A stretch of 64,000 nt of DNA, taken from Thermoplasmata archaeon (GTDB lineage Archaea > Thermoplasmatota > Thermoplasmata > Lutacidiplasmatales > UBA184). A program made the translations under genes and the position numbers. A model generated the notes under the pieces. That model made no database searches and was not told the DNA's origin. It worked only from the letters and a program-made list of their open reading frames with translations. Below are positions 52,305 to 61,000 of the stretch, one piece after another; the first letter of the stretch is position 1; every line of letters starts with the position of its first letter. The stretch is taken from assembly GCA_022750335.1 (NCBI GenBank), contig JAKIVX010000008.1, positions 785 through 64,784 of the forward strand. The letters run 5' to 3'.

Positions 52305-54812
52305 ATGTCGCGCCGTGCGTTGATCTTGGCTGTCGTCGTATTGCTGATCGCTTCGTCCCTGGCCGTACTCGGCTCGTCGCAGGTCCGGGCGACCGCGCCG
52401 TCCGCCAGCCCTTCGTTCGGTTCCCCGCATCCCGCGGTGACGGAGATTCTTCTGTATACCAGCAGCGGGGAGTGCACGTACTGCAACCTCACGAACTACG
52501 CCAGCGGCGGGTCCGGAGAGGACGGGCTCGGCGGGAATACCCTCTACTTCTATGGCTATGACTTCGCGGCCGATCACTCGGTCAACTTCACGGTCACCGA
52601 CCCCAACGCCAGCCGCGACGGCGTGGGCCAGCCCGCTTGGACCGTCAACCTCCCGGTCAACCAGACGACCTTCGAATTCAATTCCGTGGCCGCCGGCCTC
52701 TCCTTCACCTTCCCCTCCTCCCTCAAGATCGGGGGCGGCTGGAACGTCTCGGTCTCCGCTCCGCTCGGCGGCAACGTGAGCTACCCGATCTGGGTGAGCA
52801 CGTACTACGTCAACTACTGGGGCTCCCCCGAACCATACACGGTCGTCCTCCCCGGTGAGACCGTCACCACCGCGTACGAGTCCTACTCGGTCGTGAACGG
52901 CGCGCCGGATTCCGATATCACGAACGTCTCCTACAACGGCCACTACACCGGCGCGAACGACAGTTACCTGAACCTCTTCGCGGGAGGCAGCGTCACGCAA
53001 CCGGCCACAGCGTTCGGAAGCTACACCTGGACCGTCCCGGCCAACGCGACCTTCGACACCTACGTCGAACTGAACGTCTGGGTCTCCATCTACGTGGGCA
53101 CGCATCAGGCCGAAAATGAGTCGTACGGAATCTACTACCAAGTCGGTACGCTCTACATTGGCGCCTTTACGATGGAGGCGAATTCGGGACAGGTCTGCCC
53201 CAACTACTACGAATACTACTACAACTCCGGATCCCTCGTCCAGGCGTGCGCGATCGTCGGTGCCTACGGAGGCGAGGACCAGTTCACCCCCGTCGCCGGC
53301 CTCACCGTCGATATCGGTTTCTGGAACGGGGTCACGCACGTGACGCCGCCCGGGGACGTGCCGACTTCGCTCGTGAGCAACAGTTCGGGAGAGGTCTCCT
53401 TCTCGTTCCTGGCCAACAGCACCCAATTTAGCTCGTACTACCAGTATCCGTTCTACAATGCGGTCAACCTGACCGTCACGAACCCGGGGGCGACGCCGTC
53501 GGGACCACCGTTCGCGGAAGTCTGGGACAACGCATCGTTCTACATGGAACCGTCGGCCGCCTCCGCGGGAATCACGGTAAGCCTGAACCAGCTCTCGTAC
53601 TTCCCCGGGCAGACCATCACGGCGACATGGACAGTCGCCTCGACCAACTCCGAGCAAACCGGACCGATCTACGCGAACTCCTGGTACCTCGAGTCTACCG
53701 ACTACAATTACCTCGGTCAGGGCACGATCTCGAGCACCGCCACGACGGGAACGCTACCGATCACGCTACCCTCGGGATACACCGGGGCGTTCACGCTCTA
53801 CGTGGACGCATCCAACGCCACGACGTACTTCTATGGGGAAGTGAGTGGAGTCGTCCAACCCGCGGCGTTGACCCTGACCCCGAGCTCGCCGACGTTCACG
53901 GCGGGTTCGACGGTCACGGTCCTGGCGCAAGCTTGGGGCGATGGCTCCCTCGTCTCGCCGATGATCTCCTACCAGATCTACTCCTACTATGAGCAGGGCT
54001 ATTCCGGGTATGGAGGCGGTGGGCTCGTCAGCTCCGGCACTGTCACCAACGACAGCTCGATCACAATCTCGGTCCCGTCGGCGGGCGCCCCGAGCTACTA
54101 CGAAATCTATGCGTACCTCGGATCTGCGACCGCGGGCACCGTGGCGAGTGCATACGTCGAGGTCGACCAGTCGTGGGGGTACAACGTCATCGTCGGAGTG
54201 ACCACCCTTTCGAGCTACTCGGACGGGAGCTACCAGCCGGGCCAGACGATCACCGTCTCCTATCAGATCGCGCCGTACGGAGGCGCGCCGGTGCCGGTCC
54301 TGTACTCGTTCTCGATCTCGCTCTACTCGACCCAGCTCGGGAGCATCATCTCGACGACGAGCAGCTCGGGAACGGTCCAGGTCACCATCCCTTCCTATTT
54401 CCAGACGGGGTTCGCCATCCTGGAAGTGGAACTCCAAGGGACCTACCTCTCGGGAAACGCCTGCAGTTCGAGCTATAACGGTCAAGGGGAATGTTTCGGG
54501 GAAACGGGGATCGTCATCAACTCGCACCCGTCGGTCCTCAGCATGGACCTCGGGGCGGGCAGCGGACTCACGGTGGGCTGGCTGATCCTCCTGATCATCG
54601 TCCTGGTGATCGCGGTGGTCCTGGTGCTGCTCATCCGCCGGAAGCGGAGCATGCCTCCCTCGGGCGGCGCTCCTCCGATGACCACACCGATGTCACCGCC
54701 CGCGCCGGCTCCCTCGAGCCCTGGCGCGACGGAGTGGGTCAATCCCTCCTCGGACCCCTCGGCGGGGGGAAGTCAACCTCCGATGCCCTCGCCGCCCCCT
54801 GGAGCCACCTAG
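52305..54812 (+). CDS. Large secreted, C-terminally membrane-anchored surface (S-layer-like) glycoprotein candidate
   Basis: Signal peptide MSRRALILAVVVLLIASSLAVLGSSQVRA, a Ser/Thr/Tyr/Asn-rich ectodomain with many NxS/T sequons, a C-terminal TM (GWLILLIIVLVIAVVLVLLI), and a 58-aa Pro-rich tail. Confidence 0.75.
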   Translation: MSRRALILAVVVLLIASSLAVLGSSQVRATAPSASPSFGSPHPAVTEILLYTSSGECTYCNLTNYASGGSGEDGLGGNTLYFYGYDFAADHSVNFTVTDPNASRDGVGQPAWTVNLPVNQTTFEFNSVAAGLSFTFPSSLKIGGGWNVSVSAPLGGNVSYPIWVSTYYVNYWGSPEPYTVVLPGETVTTAYESYSVVNGAPDSDITNVSYNGHYTGANDSYLNLFAGGSVTQPATAFGSYTWTVPANATFDTYVELNVWVSIYVGTHQAENESYGIYYQVGTLYIGAFTMEANSGQVCPNYYEYYYNSGSLVQACAIVGAYGGEDQFTPVAGLTVDIGFWNGVTHVTPPGDVPTSLVSNSSGEVSFSFLANSTQFSSYYQYPFYNAVNLTVTNPGATPSGPPFAEVWDNASFYMEPSAASAGITVSLNQLSYFPGQTITATWTVASTNSEQTGPIYANSWYLESTDYNYLGQGTISSTATTGTLPITLPSGYTGAFTLYVDASNATTYFYGEVSGVVQPAALTLTPSSPTFTAGSTVTVLAQAWGDGSLVSPMISYQIYSYYEQGYSGYGGGGLVSSGTVTNDSSITISVPSAGAPSYYEIYAYLGSATAGTVASAYVEVDQSWGYNVIVGVTTLSSYSDGSYQPGQTITVSYQIAPYGGAPVPVLYSFSISLYSTQLGSIISTTSSSGTVQVTIPSYFQTGFAILEVELQGTYLSGNACSSSYNGQGECFGETGIVINSHPSVLSMDLGAGSGLTVGWLILLIIVLVIAVVLVLLIRRKRSMPPSGGAPPMTTPMSPPAPAPSSPGATEWVNPSSDPSAGGSQPPMPSPPPGAT

Positions 54813-54855
54813 GTCGGGGCTTCCCTGGGCCCGAGACCAACCCTTTCTCACCCTC

Positions 54856-54859
54856 TTTT
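54856..54859 (+). terminator. Oligo-T tract after the surface-protein gene
   Basis: ccctcTTTTgg lies about 45 nt after the stop, preceded by cccTTTc. Confidence 0.25.
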
Positions 54860-54906
54860 GGCCGTCCCAGTCGCCCGGCAGGTTCTCCGTCTCGCCCTCG
54901 CGACCT

Positions 54907-55896
54907 TTAGGGAGTCCACGCTCGGCCCAGCCCGCGGACCGACTCCGCCACGTCTTCGGCTCCGAGCCCGCCAAAGTCGAAGATCCCCAGGATCTCGTCC
55001 ACGCCGATGCGTCGGAACGCCTCGAGACGGTCCGCCACCTCGCGGGGCGTGCCGACGAGGGCGAGGTCGCTCGCCTCGAGCCCGGCCCGGCTCGCTTGAT
55101 GGGGGTCGTGAGCGGCCTTCTGCTGATAGAACGTGCTCTGGGTCCGCAAGCGGCTCGAGAGGAAGCGGTCCAACGCGGCTCGGGCCCGGTCGGGGTGGGA
55201 GCCTGCGTAAAGATGGAGTCCGACGGCGACCTCGGCCTTGCTGCCGGACGGAAGGGAGGAACGGAACTCCCGGATCTCCTCCGCCAATTCCGGGAGACCC
55301 GCGACGGTGGCATACGGGATGAGGGCGATGGAAAGGTTCCGCCGAGCGACGTACGGAATCGCCTCCCGGCGCTGGACCGCGACCCAGATCGGAGGGTGGG
55401 GGAGCTGGACCGGCAGGACGTTGAGCACGACGGAGGACGGCGACGTTTCCCCGACCCGAACCGTGCGACCGGCGAATGCTTCCAGCATCCATTCGAGGGC
55501 CGCATCGAACCGCTCTCGTTTCCCGGCCGGGTCGATTCCGAAGCCCTCGAACTCCAGCGGGATGTACCCGCTCCCGACGCCGAGGTTGACCCGACCGTCG
55601 GTCAGCCGATCCAATAGCGAATATTCCTCGGCCAAATCCACGGGCCGATGGAAGGGAAGGACGCTGACCATCACGCCGAGTCGGAGGCGGGTCGTGCGCG
55701 CGCCGCAGGCCGCGAGGAGGACCGGGGGGGATGGGCAGGTGCCGCCAGGTTGGAAGTGGTGCTCCGCGACCCAGAGCGCGGACAAGCCCCCCAGTTCGGC
55801 CGCCTCCGCCAAGCGCACGACCTCGTCGTAGCGGTCCCGACCCCGACCCTCGGGTTCCGGGAACTGGTCGACGATCGTGAACGCGGAGAGCTTCAC
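54907..55896 (-). CDS. LLM-class (luciferase-like) flavin/F420-dependent oxidoreductase
   Basis: LWVAEHHF, RLRLGVMVSVLPFHRP and GRVNLGVGSGY; 329 aa. Confidence 0.85.
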   Translation of the reverse strand: MKLSAFTIVDQFPEPEGRGRDRYDEVVRLAEAAELGGLSALWVAEHHFQPGGTCPSPPVLLAACGARTTRLRLGVMVSVLPFHRPVDLAEEYSLLDRLTDGRVNLGVGSGYIPLEFEGFGIDPAGKRERFDAALEWMLEAFAGRTVRVGETSPSSVVLNVLPVQLPHPPIWVAVQRREAIPYVARRNLSIALIPYATVAGLPELAEEIREFRSSLPSGSKAEVAVGLHLYAGSHPDRARAALDRFLSSRLRTQSTFYQQKAAHDPHQASRAGLEASDLALVGTPREVADRLEAFRRIGVDEILGIFDFGGLGAEDVAESVRGLGRAWTP

Positions 55897-56005
55897 AGCC
55901 GGCGGACTCGGGCGAGGTAGATGGCGTTTCGCCCGAGTTCGGGACCGGGCCGAGGTGCGGGCGCACCGAAACCCTAAGGCCCCGAAGAGGTCCTCGTCTC
56001 CCCGC

Positions 56006-56078
56006 GGGCTGGTAGATCAGTTGGAAGATCGCCGGTTTTGCAAACCGGAGGTCTCGGGTTCAAATCCCGACCAGTCCA
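56006..56078 (+). tRNA. tRNA-Ala (anticodon UGC)
   Basis: Hand-folded: acceptor GGGCTGG/CCAGTCC with the G3:U70 Ala identity pair, D arm GATC-AGTTGGAA-GATC, anticodon arm CCGGT-TTTGCAA-ACCGG, T arm TCGGG-TTCAAAT-CCCGA. Confidence 0.92.
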
Positions 56079-56248
56079 TTATCCCCCCTGCCGTACCGAC
56101 CCTGGATTTGAACCCCCCGGGGGAGTGGACGCCGACCGGTCCACCATCCTCGCACGGGGCGTCGCCCGCACGGCCGCTCCAGAATCGGGCTCCGACCGAT
56201 CTGAATCCTGGAACCTCCGTGAATCGAGTCGTTTCCGTGGGTAGGGAG

Positions 56249-56833
56249 TCACGATTCCCCCCCGAAACGCGTCCGTGGTCCGAGCGATACTCGAACCTTC
56301 GGGACGCGCCTCGGTGTGCTGAGGGCGAATCGATAGAGATCCCTCAGCAGGCCCGGAGCCATCCCTGGGAAGGTCTGCTCCAATGTCCGAGGCAGGCTCC
56401 TCGGTCCCGCCGGCTCGAGGAGGTGCCGTAGGCCGAACGCGGAGAGGGCCATTAAGATTGGAACGACATCCTTTCCCTTCGCGGTCAGGCGATAGTGAAC
56501 CTTCCGCTCGTCGTGGGCGTCCGCGACCTTCTCGATCAGTTCCTCGTGCCGTAGCTCCCGGAGTCGGTTGGTCAGAACCCTCGGTGTGAGCCCCCGACTT
56601 CGGCCAAGGATGTATCCGAACGTGGGGTTGGGGCGAAACGCGATGTCCCGGAGGATGATGAGGGCCCACTTCCTCCCCAACACGCCCATCGTGGCGCGGA
56701 TGGGACAGCCGAGGGCGTCATCGGGCAACAAGACGCCAACGGAAGACAGTCGAAGGGTATCGATCCGGTCGAGCGAAGCCGGCGATTCTGGCGCTCGGAC
56801 CACAATACCAGTATATTTGGGATAGTATTTCAA
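56249..56833 (-). CDS. HxlR-family winged-helix transcriptional regulator (start uncertain)
   Basis: CPIRATMGVLGRKWALIILRDI...LTNRLRELRHEELIEK...YRLTAKGKD. The first ~10 codons of the TTG-56833 version lie in an AT-rich, promoter-like stretch, so GTG 56803 or a later TTG is possible. Confidence 0.8.
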   Translation of the reverse strand: MKYYPKYTGIVVRAPESPASLDRIDTLRLSSVGVLLPDDALGCPIRATMGVLGRKWALIILRDIAFRPNPTFGYILGRSRGLTPRVLTNRLRELRHEELIEKVADAHDERKVHYRLTAKGKDVVPILMALSAFGLRHLLEPAGPRSLPRTLEQTFPGMAPGLLRDLYRFALSTPRRVPKVRVSLGPRTRFGGES

Positions 56834-56908
56834 TCAACACTGCCTTTCGAGCATTTCCTATCGCACCCGCCTGAGTTTCACTATCCATTCATTCCGTAGT
56901 CGGTACTA

Positions 56909-56924
56909 ATACTATCGAAAGTAT
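56909..56924. promoter_or_regulatory. 16-bp near-palindrome ATACTATC|GAAAGTAT (candidate HxlR operator) in the divergent intergenic region
   Basis: The half-sites match 7 of 8 positions. The octamer ATACTATC recurs at 56923-56930 (+) and 56821-56828 (-). Confidence 0.35.
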
Positions 56925-56996
56925 ACTATCTCCCATGACCGGAAACGAGAATCCCCCGATCGAGGTTGTCGATTCGAGCCGGGGTGCTTTCGGAGA

Positions 56997-57824
56997 GTGC
57001 CGAGTGGGACGCGCGTCGTGGGGCGGCCGATGATGAGCCGCACGGTGACCACGCCTCCCTTCGGCTCCGTCGAGCTCAGTGTGAGTGAGCGGGGTACCGG
57101 AGCGCCGGTACTGCTGCTCCACGGGGGGGCGGGTCCCCAATCGGTGGTGGGCCTTGCGCAACTCCTGACCGACCGTCATCCGGTCCAGGTCTACACTCCG
57201 ACCCACCCGGGCTTTATGGGCACCCCACGACCCGAGTGGCTGAACAGTGTCCCCCGACTTGCGGAGGTCTACGCGCGGCTGATGGACCAGCTCGACCGGA
57301 AGGACGTCACCGTGATCGGCAACTCCATCGGGGGTTGGATCGCGGCGGAACTCGCTCTGCTCCGAAGCCCTCGGCTCGGCCGACTCATCCTGGTCGACGC
57401 CGCCGGGATCGTCGTGGAAGGCCACCCAATCGCCGATTTCTTCCACCTCTCGATGGAGGAGGTCACGAAGCGGAGCTTCCACAACCCCGCCGCGTCTCCG
57501 CTCAACGTCGCCACGTTGACCGACCAGCAAAAGGCGGGAATGGCCGCCAACCGGACTACGCTGGCAGTGTACAGCGGCCAACCACCGATGCTGGATGATT
57601 CCCTGCGGAGCCGCCTCCACGCGATCGACGTGCCGACGCTGGTGCTCTGGGGCGAAAGCGACCGGATCGTGGACCCGGAGTACGGCCGCGCCTATGCCTC
57701 GTCGATCCCCAATGCCCAATTCGAGCTTCTCCGCAACGCGGGTCATCTCCCGCAAATCGAGACACCCGAACAGCTGGTTACCGCCGTCTGGACGTTCGTC
57801 GAGAAAACGACGACTCGAGCTTAG
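56997..57824 (+). CDS. Alpha/beta-fold hydrolase
   Basis: PVLLLHGG, nucleophile elbow GNSIGG, and C-terminal GHLPQIE (His of the triad). Confidence 0.85.
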   Translation: MPSGTRVVGRPMMSRTVTTPPFGSVELSVSERGTGAPVLLLHGGAGPQSVVGLAQLLTDRHPVQVYTPTHPGFMGTPRPEWLNSVPRLAEVYARLMDQLDRKDVTVIGNSIGGWIAAELALLRSPRLGRLILVDAAGIVVEGHPIADFFHLSMEEVTKRSFHNPAASPLNVATLTDQQKAGMAANRTTLAVYSGQPPMLDDSLRSRLHAIDVPTLVLWGESDRIVDPEYGRAYASSIPNAQFELLRNAGHLPQIETPEQLVTAVWTFVEKTTTRA

Positions 57825-57973
57825 GGCTCTATCGCGTGAACCGCGAAGCGCCTCGGGGTGGACTCCCCGGACGACGTCCGTGAGCCCGGGACCCGATGGG
57901 CCGCACGGGCCGTACTGAGAGCTCGGGTGCCTCTCGTATCGGTCGCCCGAACTTCCGCGAGCTCGAAACCGAG

Positions 57974-57979
57974 AAAAAA
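57974..57979 (-). terminator. T6 tract on the minus strand downstream of the giant surface-protease gene
   Basis: The plus strand reads gagAAAAAAggg, about 50 nt beyond the stop at 58030. Confidence 0.3.
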
Positions 57980-58029
57980 GGGAGGAAGAGGTTGATTCCG
58001 TCCCCCGAAGGGAGACGTGTCGGACCGTC

Positions 58030-61000
58030 CTACGCCGCCCCCGGGGGTGGGCTCGGCGGGCTCGGCCCCTCGCTCCAGGCAGGCGACCCCGTGGGGGGCA
58101 CGGCCCCTGCCGGGGGTGCGGTGTATGGGGTCACGCTGGGAGGCGACCGTCCGCGGCGCGAGAACAGGATCGTCGTGATCAGGAAGACCACGGCGAGCGC
58201 CGCGAGCAGGCCGATCAGGGCCCACCCCGTGGAACTGATCCCGTTGCTGGAGGACGCCCCAGACGTGCTCGAGGTCGCGACGAGCGTGACCGAGACCGAG
58301 GTGGTCTGGCCGGCCGTGACGGTGACGTTGTTGTAGTACGGGATGTAGCCCGACTCGGTGACGACGATCGCGTAGATACCGGGGTTCTCCTGGGCGCTGA
58401 ACGGAGTGCTGACCGTCTTCCCATTCACGCTCGCCGCCGCCCCCGAAGTGGTGACCGTTAGCGACAGGGTGCCGGGGGACCCCGTCACCGCCGTGAAAGT
58501 CACCGATACCGCATCATTCCCGGGGAGCGTCCCCGAGCCCGAGGCGGTGGTCGGAGCGTATCCGGTCGCGCTGACCGTATAGGTGAACGCACCCGCGAGC
58601 GCCGAGATGGCGATGGAGGTTCCGGCCCCCGTATAGTTCGTCGTCGAGCCGAACTGGGTGAGCGCGACGGTCCACGCGGCCCCGACCGTGAGCCCCGACT
58701 CCGAGAACGTCAGAGTCGCCGGCGTGCCGAAGACCACCGTCTGGGTCTCGTTGCTCGCGAGGGTAAACGTCCCCTGGGTGGGGGCCCCCACGTAACCGCT
58801 CGCGACCGCGGCCCAATTGTACGCCCCCGCGACATCCTCGAATGTGAGGTTGGCGCCGGTGCTCGTCCACGAGTCGCTGAAGCTTGCGTTCCAGACGATC
58901 AGGGTCCAGGAGGCCCCGGACCCAAGACCACTGGCCGTCACCGTCAGCGTGTGGACGGCGACGAAATGGATCGGGAGGGTCGTGTTCCCTGCGATCGTGG
59001 CCGTTCCCGACTGCGGACTTGCCGCAAACCAATCCGATTCCGTGTAGGCGTACCAGAGGTACGTACCCGGGAGCACGCCCGTCGCGGTCGCGGTGCCGTT
59101 GTCGGACTCGACCCCTCCGATGTACTGATCGGTGGTCGTGTTGTACACGTCCACCCACCATTCGGTGCCCGTCACGAGCCCTGTCTGGGTGAAGGTGACC
59201 AGGTAGGCCGTCACGAAGGTGACGTCCACCTCGAGGTTACTGGTCCCAACAGTGAACGAACCGGACGGCGCCGACCAGAATTCCGAGAACGACCCGATGT
59301 AGTAGGTGTAGCTGCCCGACGGGACGAGGAGCGAGGCCGTCGTCGTGTCGCTATCGGAGTATTGGTAGACCCCGTTGATGTCCGCGCCGGCGTACCACTC
59401 CGTACCGGCCGGGAGTCCGGTCTCCAGGAAAGTGACCGTGTAGAGGGCGTACGGGGTCAGGGGGAGGTAGTCTCCGCCCCACCAGATCTCCGTCTCGTAC
59501 GAGTAGGCGTCGTACGGGATGTAGCTGTACGGGTTGTTGGCGGAACCGTAGTCCCACCAGTAGTTCCCGCCCAACCCCGGCAGTCCCAGGATGTTGTCCG
59601 GCCAGCCAATGAACGCCCCAAGCTCCGGCCCGGCATTCCAGGCGTTGTCGAAGAAGCACGTCGTGAAGCCGAGGTCCAGCCAGGCGGGGCAGGTCGGGTA
59701 GGCGAGGTAGAAGTAGTACGGGTCGTAGAGCGGTGAGTCGGCGGTGTACTCGGTCAGGAAGATGTTGTTGAAGATGAGGTCGCAGTACCCGTACCCGACG
59801 AGACCCTCGAAGCACTCCCAAGTATCGTTGGCCTGACCCAAGTAGGCCGCAACGTCCGACGCGTTCCCGTAGTCGGCGTCGAAAAGCCCCACCGAACCGT
59901 ACGCCGCGGCGACCGTCGCGTAGGGGTTCGCGGAAATGGGCACGCTCTCCTCGAAGGTATTGTTCGCGACCAGGTTGTCCGTACCCCCGTAGAAGTAGAG
60001 CGCGTTCCCTCCCGTGTTGAACGTGTTCTGGAACACCTCGCTGAAGCTCGAGTTCCAGAAGACGACGTTGTAGGCGGAGACCTCGCTGCCGAAGTAGGCG
60101 TCGGACCACCACCACCCCCCGATGCTCGCTCCGTCCACCAGGTAGATGTCCGTGTCATTGTCGAAGAACATCTGGAGATTGTTCCAGGTCGGAAGGCCGT
60201 AGTAGTTGATCTCCGGCAAGTTGACCGCGGGATAGGCGACCTTGAAACTGGGGGGCGAGAGGACCTGCACGCCCGAAGTCACGTTATCGATATAGATCCC
60301 TGGGAACACCGGGAACAGGTAGTCGTTCGCGAGCCCGAACCAGGGGAACACGGTGTTGTAGTTGACCGCGGATCCCAGGGTGCCGTATTGCTGGTTGAAC
60401 AGCACGTGCCCGCCGTCCGCGAACGTGGAGATGTTGGCCACGTCATTGTCGTCGAAGGCCCAGAGGGGAGTGTACACTCCGTTGTCGGGGTCAAAGGGGA
60501 GTGTCATCGTTACACTCGTGAACGTGAGATCCCCAGCGATGGTGAACGTCGTCTCGACCGGGTCGTAGTTCGCGAGCACGGCCACCAACGTGTAACTGCC
60601 CGGATCGAGTTCGTAGAAGTCCTGGCTCGCCGAGTACGGTGCCCACTGGAACAGTGACCAGTTGGTGTTCGTCCCCCAGCCCCCGAACACGCTGCCGGGG
60701 GCGATGAACACGAACGCATTGGACGGAGCGAGGGTCAAGGTGAGGTATCCTCCGTATGTGGAACCCGCCTCGGGCGCGCTCGAGACATTCCAGAGCTGCT
60801 GAAGGTAGGACGGGCCGGTAGCGAGGAAGGCCGTGGGGTTCCCACCGTACCCGCTTGCTCCGGGATTCCCCCAGAGCACGTACGCCCCGATGGCCGTCTC
60901 TCCCGTCTCCGACCCGTAGCCATACGCGGAGGGTACGGTCTCGTAGGTTGCGGAGGTCGAGTTCCAGTACTGGAGACCGAAGTAGGCCTGCGCGGCCAGC

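Noticed and set aside
51364-56078. The tRNA-Pro to tRNA-Ala interval (MBL hydrolase, surface glycoprotein, LLM oxidoreductase), considered as a possible genomic island or integrated element.
   Set aside because: There is no integrase, transposase or plasmid/virus gene. There are no direct repeats of tRNA 3' ends. Codon and GC character is indistinguishable by eye from the rest of the window.
56085-56140. A tRNA-like T-arm sequence (GGTTCAAATCC on the minus strand) and a C6G5 palindrome immediately downstream of tRNA-Ala. I considered a convergent tRNA gene or a tRNA-derived att remnant of an integrated element.
   Set aside because: I could not fold a cloverleaf: the T stem would be GGGGG/CCAGG with only 2 pairs, and no convincing acceptor or anticodon arms appear. 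The flanks do not match the 3' ends of either tRNA in the window, and no integrase is nearby. tRNAscan-SE or Infernal would settle this.
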